Source of the DNA: a virus
DNA length: 64,000 nucleotides
IMG/VR virus record: IMGVR_UViG_3300024327_000003
Span: 10,682 to 74,681 of that record
Direction: 5' to 3' (one strand)
The stretch's first letter is position 1, and each line of letters starts with the position of its first letter. This document shows, in pieces, positions 57,161 to 64,000 of the stretch. The translations under genes were made by a program, and so were the position numbers. The notes under the pieces are model-generated. The model saw only the letters and a list, made by a program, of their open reading frames with translations. It searched no databases and was not told where the DNA came from.

Positions 57161-57700
57161 TCAAGTTGGTAATTTATCATTGGCTTTTGGACGTTTAAGT
57201 TTATAAGCCGTATACCGAGTACACGGGTTCCAACAGTATTTCTGCTTACCATCTGGAGCTCTAAATGTCTTTTTACATTGCTTGCATTTAGGATATTTTA
57301 CTAAATTAGAAGCTCTTTTCTTATTTTGACTTACACACGGATCGTTGCAATAGATATGTCGCCGGGTGGTAGGTTCGAAGTCTTTCTTACATACTTCGCA
57401 TTTCCGGGTACTTAATTCAAGATCTGGACGGGTAGTAATGTCCTTAGGATCCGTACATGGATTATGGCAATACTCTCTTTCGGCAATAGCCTTAAACTCT
57501 TGATTACATGTCTCACATACGTAATTTTGAGTCTCATGCTTTATGAAAGTATCACGTTGTTTTGTTGTCTGCATGAGCTTATCGAACCCGGGTCCTTCTT
57601 CCCAGAACTTCTCCTGGCACTGTTTAGCAGATATTGTTTTACGCTTTGTTAATATTCCGTCTTTATTCGGTTTATATATTCTGCATTCTTCAATAGCCAT
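57161..57700 (-). CDS. zinc-finger repeat protein
   Basis: Three CxxC...F.......YCxxPC units; GAGGAG RBS. Confidence 0.7.
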   Translation of the reverse strand: MAIEECRIYKPNKDGILTKRKTISAKQCQEKFWEEGPGFDKLMQTTKQRDTFIKHETQNYVCETCNQEFKAIAEREYCHNPCTDPKDITTRPDLELSTRKCEVCKKDFEPTTRRHIYCNDPCVSQNKKRASNLVKYPKCKQCKKTFRAPDGKQKYCWNPCTRYTAYKLKRPKANDKLPT

Positions 57701-57776
57701 TTAATCTCCTCAAAAGTTAAAAAGGCAAGGGGGTTGGAAAATCCTTCTCGTAACTAGTATGCGAGTCTAGGGCTAA

Positions 57777-57799
57777 CCCCCCCCCCCCCCCCCCCCCCC
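57777..57799. repeat. 23-nt poly-C (poly-G on - strand) homopolymer
   Basis: Directly visible in the intergenic region. Confidence 0.9.
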
Positions 57800-57857
57800 T
57801 ACCAACCGCTTGCGACTTACTCACTATCCGGTAGCGGTACAAACGGCTTGCCTTTGT

Positions 57858-58319
57858 TTATCTGATTTGCTTATTTAGCAGCATTCTCTTGTAGCGTTCC
57901 TTTGTTTCCTCCAATTCCTCTTTGAGCTTGGTGTTTTCCTCCTTTAACTCCACAAAAGCTTCGTGAGGAATGTTAAGGTCTATTTGTTCTTGAAGTTTGG
58001 CGTTTTCTTCTTTTAAGTAATTTATTTTTGCCCTGTGAGCCTTAGCATCTGTAAGGCGTATATTCTGGTCACCAGTTTCAATAGCTTTCAATTCTTCCCT
58101 AAATATCCCCTTCAAACTCTCAACTTCTTCTTTTAATTTGTTTTCTCTTCTCTGTGCAGAAATTATATCTTCGTCACATTCTTCCACTAGCTTTGCGGTT
58201 TCAGCTTTTGCTTTGTCCGTAAGTTTAACAAGGGCAACTAAAGCATCCTTGCCAGTTTTCCAACTATAGCCGCAAGTAGCGCAGGTTGATTCATCCGTCA
58301 GCACAAGTTTTTCATTCAT
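57858..58319 (-). CDS. coiled-coil hypothetical protein
   Basis: N-terminal CATC; LKEEN.KL heptad repeats. Confidence 0.6.
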   Translation of the reverse strand: MNEKLVLTDESTCATCGYSWKTGKDALVALVKLTDKAKAETAKLVEECDEDIISAQRRENKLKEEVESLKGIFREELKAIETGDQNIRLTDAKAHRAKINYLKEENAKLQEQIDLNIPHEAFVELKEENTKLKEELEETKERYKRMLLNKQIR

Positions 58320-58516
58320 TTCTTTTTCTCCCTCTCAATATAAACTCTTGTTTCTTTAGGCCAGTAAGCAGGACAAGGATCACCGAACCCTACTCCCGGC
58401 ACATAGTTTTTATTGTCACACATCCAAACCGGATTCCCTTTTTCATCCTTCGTAGCCAACATATCCAAACCGCAAACTTCGCAAGCAGGGCCTTTAATGT
58501 AATCTAATTCATTCAT
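58316..58516 (-). CDS. small zinc-ribbon protein
   Basis: CEVC...WMC...C; GAGGAGG RBS. Confidence 0.55.
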   Translation of the reverse strand: MNELDYIKGPACEVCGLDMLATKDEKGNPVWMCDNKNYVPGVGFGDPCPAYWPKETRVYIEREKKK

Positions 58517-58615
58517 TTCTTTTCCTCCTCTTTAACAGGAATTATCTCAACACAATCCAGAAAAATCCTAATAAAGTAATCGCAGTTATTGCTTGATTTA
58601 TCACTTCAGGCCAAG

Positions 58616-58840
58616 TCATTTCTTTTTCTCCTCCCAGTGGATACAGCCATCACTTTCCTTCCATTCGCTATGTAGATACATGTGGGTGCATCTTTCGTCA
58701 TCCTCACGATGTTCATTGTTTGGGTTAGGTATCCAAAAAGCACATTTTCCACAAGTGCCGATAACGTGAAGTCCTTTTTCTTTGATCTGTTCACGCAACC
58801 ACCCAATAGAGGCTGACTGTGGTAAATCTTCAAGTTTCAT
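58616..58840 (-). CDS. small Cys-rich hypothetical protein
   Basis: CGKCAFW...C...DGCIHWE; GGAGG RBS. Confidence 0.55.
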   Translation of the reverse strand: MKLEDLPQSASIGWLREQIKEKGLHVIGTCGKCAFWIPNPNNEHREDDERCTHMYLHSEWKESDGCIHWEEKKK

Positions 58841-58984
58841 TTCTTTTTCCTCCGAAGGCAGTTTTTACATGTTACGTTTTTCCAACGGTTAGACACTTCT
58901 GGGCTGTTTTTAGTTTTTGCCCAGTAATCATTGGTTTTACATATAGTCATGGCAAACACCCATTCCATAGTGCTATGAGTGAGC

Positions 58985-59395
58985 TTATGAACTTTCATCT
59001 TTCACCGCCTTGTAAACAGCTTCATAAAATGCTTCTTGTCGGGAGTTGCCTACTCCACGAGATATAAATCCTTCCTCTACATATTCCCAGTCCTTCCATA
59101 ATTCACATCCCATCTCAAATCTATCTACTTCTGGCAAATCATTTCTAAAAGGCTGTTTAAGTACCCTGAAAAATATAGGATTTTGTCCTATAGGCAGACA
59201 ATCCCAAACCGCCATAAATCCTGCGGGGGAATTGAAGTGTTCTACCATGTTTACAGTAGTCATCCCCGGTTCACAGTTAGGGCTATGCCACAGGTCAAAC
59301 CCGCAATCATCATCTGCTAATACAGGTTCCCACCCACAGAAACCAGCCAACCATTCTGATTGGTCTTGATTTGACATTTGTTTCCAGTTATTCAT
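58985..59395 (-). CDS. hypothetical protein (possibly phage ABA-sandwich-like)
   Basis: LA.FCGW...FNSPAGFMAVWD...EA.Y.AV.KA pattern. Confidence 0.45.
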   Translation of the reverse strand: MNNWKQMSNQDQSEWLAGFCGWEPVLADDDCGFDLWHSPNCEPGMTTVNMVEHFNSPAGFMAVWDCLPIGQNPIFFRVLKQPFRNDLPEVDRFEMGCELWKDWEYVEEGFISRGVGNSRQEAFYEAVYKAVKDESS

Positions 59396-59622
59396 TTATT
59401 TTCTCTCTCCTTTACCTTACAAACAGCACATATTCCGGAATTAAGTTGACTTACCCATCCAAGACTTTCAGCTAGAAGGCCCGTAATCTCTGCTGTATGG
59501 GCCATTAATTTTTCAGGATCACATAGACCCGCATCTTGAGAAAACTCATCAGATAGCTTGTTAGCTCGTGACAGAGCCTGTTTGAGTTGTCCCAGCATCC
59601 ACTCTATTTCAGTATTTTTCAT
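59392..59622 (-). CDS. hypothetical protein
   Basis: ORF track; ATGA coupling to the next gene. Confidence 0.5.
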   Translation of the reverse strand: MKNTEIEWMLGQLKQALSRANKLSDEFSQDAGLCDPEKLMAHTAEITGLLAESLGWVSQLNSGICAVCKVKERENK

Positions 59623-59729
59623 TGTTCCGGAACCTTAAAAGATTGATATATGCAGAATAGTACGAGGAATACTCCTACTATGCCGGCTGCTACACCGGCA
59701 CAGAATCCAGATAACCATATATAATTCAT

Positions 59730-60083
59730 TTAGTTACCTTCGTGAATAGTTCCAATACCCCGGTATCCGGATAGTGGAACTCGTTCGATAATATACTTCT
59801 TAGGGTAAGATTCTTGAGTAATCAGATGCACTTTCTCTCCTACAATTGCTACTTCATTGCATGCAGGTACCGGTTCAGCATAGCTGACTACTTTATACTG
59901 GTGCACGAATTCAAATACCCCATGCTTACTGACAGTAATATACGTAATCTTCATAGTGCCGGTTCTTGTTAGATCCCATTTCTCAATGGTAGCTGGTACT
60001 GTATTTTGAGCTCTAGCTTCGCCAATACCTACTGCTATAATTAAACTTATCCATAATAAGTAAAATATAATTAATTTAAACAT
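59730..60083 (-). CDS. secreted hypothetical protein
   Basis: Likely start MFKLIIFYLLW...ARA (signal peptide) after GAGGAG. Confidence 0.5.
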   Translation of the reverse strand: MFKLIIFYLLWISLIIAVGIGEARAQNTVPATIEKWDLTRTGTMKITYITVSKHGVFEFVHQYKVVSYAEPVPACNEVAIVGEKVHLITQESYPKKYIIERVPLSGYRGIGTIHEGN

Positions 60084-60235
60084 ATCGGTAATCTCCTCTA
60101 AATTAATAGTGAGGAATAGCTCTTTCACCCACATTACCGGGGTGAAAGAGCCAGAGCCACTCCGGTTCGTTGATACGGTGCAGAGGGTTCATCTGTAAAT
60201 GTCCTCCCCTGGCAGTGGATCCGGAATACTGCCGC

Positions 60236-60520
60236 CTACATTCCATAATATTGCCACATTACAGCATTACAATAAGCATGAACTGCTCCTCGAGTCATGC
60301 CTGTATCGTGGTTATGATCCAGATGAACTGGATAATCTAAGAAATGTACTCCACCTGGAAATAGATCCCAATTGATTGATTTAGCAGTTATTTCTGCAGC
60401 TGCAGGCTCATCTAATGGCATATTGCAATGAGCACATTTATTATCTTGCGCGATTACATACTCGAGTCTGATAACTCTGCGCTCTTGCATAGATAATCTT
60501 GTATAATTAACCGGTTCCAT
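60236..60520 (-). CDS. endonuclease VII-like His-Me finger protein
   Basis: Q...CAHC, VHLDHNHDTG.TRG.VH..CN. Confidence 0.75.
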   Translation of the reverse strand: MEPVNYTRLSMQERRVIRLEYVIAQDNKCAHCNMPLDEPAAAEITAKSINWDLFPGGVHFLDYPVHLDHNHDTGMTRGAVHAYCNAVMWQYYGM

Positions 60521-60529
60521 CCTATCTCC

Positions 60530-60724
60530 TTATATTTCAACAGTTACCCAGTCATAAGCTAACAAATCCTCATGAGTTGGGATCCAGGTTCCATTACGCC
60601 CTGGTTCTTTTATTTTAATATCCCTATTTTTATCTAAATAAATGAATATACGTCTGTTATCCCATTCATGCCTTGTGAGTCTTTTACTAAATTCCATCTC
60701 GATAACTGCGTCACCAAATCTCAT
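60530..60724 (-). CDS. DUF2829 / Tad2-like anti-defence candidate
   Basis: M.FG.A......KR..R..W....FIYL ... W.PT.EDLLA.DW signature. Confidence 0.7.
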   Translation of the reverse strand: MRFGDAVIEMEFSKRLTRHEWDNRRIFIYLDKNRDIKIKEPGRNGTWIPTHEDLLAYDWVTVEI

Positions 60725-60963
60725 TAATTCATCCTATTTGATAAATCTTCGTTAACAGCTTCAAGTACCAAGTCTCGTAATTGATCCAAGACTTCGTCTT
60801 GTACATGCATAAACGGCTTATTGATAACATCTTCCGGTAAATCAAAGATTTTAAGCATAAATTTACGAGGCATTAAGCATTCTCGGCCGGTGGGTATCTT
60901 ATGATAATCAACGCCGATTAGAGTAATGTATCCAGTTTCCATGGCTATTCCTTTACGGTTCAA
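60724..60963 (-). CDS. hypothetical protein
   Basis: ORF track; part of tightly packed early cluster. Confidence 0.5.
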   Translation of the reverse strand: MNRKGIAMETGYITLIGVDYHKIPTGRECLMPRKFMLKIFDLPEDVINKPFMHVQDEVLDQLRDLVLEAVNEDLSNRMN

Positions 60964-61201
60964 GAGTAGACTTCTTTCCCTGCAGAATACTTATAACATT
61001 TTCCAGGAAATTATATGCTCTTACATCTTTTTTAATTCTGCCCCGGCACCAGGTAATAGCTCTGCTTATGCGATTATCAGATTTAGTAGAGCCACCTGCT
61101 TTAAATCCATCTTCATAAGCTTGAGATATTAACCGTAGATCCCTATGTGAATAGACCCAATTATCGTTAGATATTTGATTCATATACGTTTTTAATGACA
61201 T
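60953..61201 (-). CDS. hypothetical protein
   Basis: ORF track; GAGGA RBS. Confidence 0.5.
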   Translation of the reverse strand: MSLKTYMNQISNDNWVYSHRDLRLISQAYEDGFKAGGSTKSDNRISRAITWCRGRIKKDVRAYNFLENVISILQGKKSTLEP

Positions 61202-61452
61202 TATGCATCCTCTGATTGGGCAGTAACGTTAACAGGAATAACTATTTCCTCTGGATCCATGGTGTAATTAACATGGCCACTAACTAAATTAACGTAATGA
61301 CAATACCTGTTATATGGGGGCTTTAGATTACCCACGCCAATACGCATATAAATATGCTTACCTCTATGTTTTCTAAAGGTATCTCTAGCTTCCATATCCA
61401 TAATACGTTTGCCATTACCTGGCGTTAATTCTTCTGTAAAATTAATTCCCAT
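61201..61452 (-). CDS. hypothetical protein
   Basis: ORF track; AGGAG RBS. Confidence 0.5.
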   Translation of the reverse strand: MGINFTEELTPGNGKRIMDMEARDTFRKHRGKHIYMRIGVGNLKPPYNRYCHYVNLVSGHVNYTMDPEEIVIPVNVTAQSEDA

Positions 61453-61454
61453 GA

Positions 61455-61775
61455 CTATAACTCCTTAGGATTAAACCAGTTATCATTTACAATATGCCCA
61501 ATTGCAATAATAGCAGATTGAGTATCTTTAACCATAACGCGTATAACTTTGCCTTTTAATAGGCTCCACTCAGATACACCTACAACATGCATAATTTCCC
61601 AGATCCATTTTCCTGCTATACAATTTTCAGGGTATTTAGGTTGAAATAGCGCATACCCTCCAAAGGATTGTCCGGAACTATCTCCATAATCTAAATTAAT
61701 CCAAATCGTCAAACATCCTTGATGTTCAGTAATTTGAGTATTTGTAATAATTGCATTCTTAATTTCCATTACCAT
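61455..61775 (-). CDS. conserved phage hypothetical protein
   Basis: NA.I.......G.LT.W..LDY....Q.FGGY.L...IM.VVGV..W..L.GK.IRV...IGHI....WF.P. Confidence 0.65.
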   Translation of the reverse strand: MVMEIKNAIITNTQITEHQGCLTIWINLDYGDSSGQSFGGYALFQPKYPENCIAGKWIWEIMHVVGVSEWSLLKGKVIRVMVKDTQSAIIAIGHIVNDNWFNPKEL

Positions 61776-61780
61776 CTCCT

Positions 61781-61809
61781 TTGATATTTTTAGTTAAATA
61801 ATATATATT
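61781..61809 (+). promoter_or_regulatory. sigma70-type late promoter
   Basis: TTGATA-17 nt-TATATT ahead of AGGAG RBS and ATG 61862. Confidence 0.65.
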
Positions 61810-61861
61810 AAGACTACATTTTGGTGGAATATTCCACTGACCCTTAACCAGGAGTTGAATT

Positions 61862-62554
61862 ATGGGCAAGCACACTATTACACAAGCAGAACAGATGTAT
61901 CATGGGAAAGCTGAATATGCTCCCCTATTTGGAATTAATGGCCGAAGAGGAATTCCAGTAACCCCAATCATGAAGCTTGATATGGGCACACCTGTTGTTG
62001 GTGATGCAAATGGTTTCGTAGTTTCGCAGGATGTAACTGATGCAGGTGTATTCTCTGTCAGTACGACTGTTGCTGCAGCTCTAGCAGCCGCTGCTCTAGC
62101 TGGTGTAGCCGATGTTCCTCGTAATATCGTAGCTGCATGGACGACTACATCAGTCATGACAGTTACTGGTACAGATGCTTATGGTGAGACCATATCTGAA
62201 GCCAGTGCTAGCGGTACCAGTCATACCGGTACAAAAGCTTTTAAAACAGTAACAAACATCACCTTTTCAATCAGCGTTACCAGTTGTACGGTAGGTACCG
62301 GCGACGTACTCGGTATTCCTTACTTCCTCACCCATGAATCTGATGTATTAGGATTCTATGCTGATGCAACTGAGGAAAAACTTGCTTCTGTATTTGTTGC
62401 AGGTGTTACCACGACAGCTACCACAACCACTGGAGATGTTCGCGGGACTGTTGATCCAGACACTACCCTGAATGGATCGGTTCGACTCTATCTGTGGATG
62501 CATGTACGCGGTACAGATCTGAAATCAGATCTGATAGGAGTTACCCAGGCTTAA
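61862..62554 (+). CDS. probable capsid decoration/structural protein
   Basis: Thr/Val/Gly-rich; PRNI, TVTGTD.YG....E, G.KAFKTV, GDVRGT motifs; lone late-strand gene with its own promoter and terminator. Confidence 0.6.
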   Translation: MGKHTITQAEQMYHGKAEYAPLFGINGRRGIPVTPIMKLDMGTPVVGDANGFVVSQDVTDAGVFSVSTTVAAALAAAALAGVADVPRNIVAAWTTTSVMTVTGTDAYGETISEASASGTSHTGTKAFKTVTNITFSISVTSCTVGTGDVLGIPYFLTHESDVLGFYADATEEKLASVFVAGVTTTATTTTGDVRGTVDPDTTLNGSVRLYLWMHVRGTDLKSDLIGVTQA

Positions 62555-62578
62555 GCTTCTATTAAGCTCCTAGTATTG

Positions 62579-62616
62579 AAGGCTACCCGGGCAACTGGGT
62601 AGCCTTTTCTATTTTA
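62579..62616 (+). terminator. Rho-independent terminator
   Basis: AAGGCTACCCGG-GCAA-CTGGGTAGCCTT followed by TTCTATTTT. Confidence 0.85.
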
Positions 62617-62856
62617 TTACCCTCTCTTTGCATTAAATAGTGCTTTGATCTTCTGCAGATCAGGAAGCCTTGGTGCAGATAGCATACGTCTCATAGCTGG
62701 CTGTTCTTTAGTTAAATGTTTGTTTGTTCTGGCCTCTAGCTTACGTCGAAAGCTACTGGTTTGATTACGCAGATCATCATTCTTGGTTCGGTCTTTAGTC
62801 TTCTTCAAACGCATAGTACGTTTCTTTAACAATTTCCTGCGCTTCTTCATCTTCAT
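62617..62856 (-). CDS. very basic hypothetical protein
   Basis: Likely start MKMKKRRK after AGGAG; Lys/Arg-rich. Confidence 0.5.
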   Translation of the reverse strand: MKMKKRRKLLKKRTMRLKKTKDRTKNDDLRNQTSSFRRKLEARTNKHLTKEQPAMRRMLSAPRLPDLQKIKALFNAKRG

Positions 62857-63021
62857 TTCAATCTCCTTTCGAATTAAGAGGGTAGGCAGTTTAGTAGCAC
62901 AGTGCCCAGGTGCTATCATTTCCTTTTGCAATCTGTATCTAAATATAATCCTACTTAATTAGGGCATAACAAGCCTCCTTTCCTAAATGGGATTAAAGTA
63001 ATCAGATGCTATTCACAGATA

Positions 63022-63417
63022 TTAGCTTTCGAGTAATTGGTTAGCTTTCAATACTTTAAGATGCTCTTCGTAATCCTTATCAGGACGATATGTTAATTGG
63101 ATCAGATTTAATAGTTGTTTAGGGCCGTAATATTGACCAGACGGTTCTTTAATCATCATGTCTTCCATTTTTATCTGGGATTCATGTATAAATACGCATT
63201 CTGCATCAGGTACACCATACCACTTAGGTAGCCATTGAGCTTCTATTTTTAAGATGTTATTAAGATCATATGAATCTGGATCTAAACCATAAGTAATAGG
63301 CGGTGATTGGTATTTAGGATTAAATGGAAATTCCCCGCCGATACATAGATATTTTTTCATGTTAAAACTTTCTTGATTTGATAGGGGTTCCTGTACATAA
63401 AGACTTACCTTCAGCAT
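63022..63417 (-). CDS. hypothetical protein
   Basis: ORF track; true start may be MKKYLC. Confidence 0.5.
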   Translation of the reverse strand: MLKVSLYVQEPLSNQESFNMKKYLCIGGEFPFNPKYQSPPITYGLDPDSYDLNNILKIEAQWLPKWYGVPDAECVFIHESQIKMEDMMIKEPSGQYYGPKQLLNLIQLTYRPDKDYEEHLKVLKANQLLES

Positions 63418-63598
63418 GCCCGTGCTTGATATCTCTATTTAATTGACGTAAGTCTTTGTTGGTACATTTAATCTGAGTATTCGGTTTCTTACCAGTTCTC
63501 TTTTTATATCTGTTTGTTACTGTTGACATCATAGTGTCCGGAGATACAGTTTCGATCAACTTACCGTCTTTATCATAGCGTTTGCACTCATGAAACAT
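63362..63598 (-). CDS. hypothetical protein
   Basis: Likely start MFHECKRYDKDGKL at 63598; the ORF track extends to 63739. Confidence 0.45.
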   Translation of the reverse strand: MFHECKRYDKDGKLIETVSPDTMMSTVTNRYKKRTGKKPNTQIKCTNKDLRQLNRDIKHGHAEGKSLCTGTPIKSRKF

Positions 63599-63674
63599 GG
63601 TACCGCCATCTTTATTATGCTCAGATATCCTCATTTGCTTACGATAAGTACACTTTCTTTTTGTGGTCATAACA

Positions 63675-63983
63675 CTATCTCCTTGATATAATTGTAATAA
63701 CTTCCAACAAAGTATCAACTCGACTATTAAGCCGGTCATTGGAACGTAATACCCGATTCCTGAATTCCGTCATCTTATTTAATCTAATACTTAAATCCTC
63801 ATCCTGAGCAACTTGAGCATTATGAGCTTCTAGATACTCTTTCTGCTTATTTTGTAATTCAATATTCTTAGCTACCATGTGTGCAATATCCTCATCTTTC
63901 TTAGATATTACCTCTTCGTAACTGGATATAGTTCGTTTATCCATAGCTAGAGCACGAACTTGTATATCTATTTGCTTTTGCAT
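63675..63983 (-). CDS. coiled-coil hypothetical protein (may start beyond the window)
   Basis: ORF track; heptad pattern. Confidence 0.5.
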   Translation of the reverse strand: MQKQIDIQVRALAMDKRTISSYEEVISKKDEDIAHMVAKNIELQNKQKEYLEAHNAQVAQDEDLSIRLNKMTEFRNRVLRSNDRLNSRVDTLLEVITIISRR

Positions 63984-64000
63984 TTGAGCTTTAGTTGGCA

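Noticed and set aside
1-64000. CRISPR array, integrase, reverse transcriptase/DGR, rIIA/rIIB, stop-codon reassignment
   Set aside because: None recognised; long genes read through normally in the standard code and no regularly spaced repeats were seen

Overview
This window covers most of the genome of an N4-like lytic podovirus (Schitoviridae type), AT-rich and apparently using the standard genetic code. The + strand (1-35113) is the late region: tail and fibre genes, an RCC1 propeller, a sulfotransferase-TPR-glycosyltransferase fusion and a lysis cluster. It continues with portal, scaffold, N4-gp56-type major capsid, gp55-gp51-like proteins and a 4208-aa cysteine-free virion RNA polymerase. 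The - strand (35110-64000) carries the middle and early genes: resolvase, SSB, dCMP deaminase, primase, ThyX, tRNA-Thr, nuclease, helicase, DNA polymerase, ligase, MoxR/vWA pair, RNAP II and many small ORFs, including a Tad2-like one. No terminase was recognised; it probably lies upstream of position 1. The most striking element is a three-gene module (acyl carrier protein, Cys-His-His ketosynthase, unknown possibly GNAT-like protein) that overlaps directly into the portal gene, suggesting a phage-encoded acylation system linked to virion assembly. Other notable points are a family A DNA polymerase split into three genes with no visible intron or intein, an RNAP II encoded as one chain, extra domains inside the virion RNAP, and several structured intergenic RNAs, including a ~294-nt one beside the tRNA. 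All assignments come from motif reading and synteny by eye; no searches or folding programs were run.
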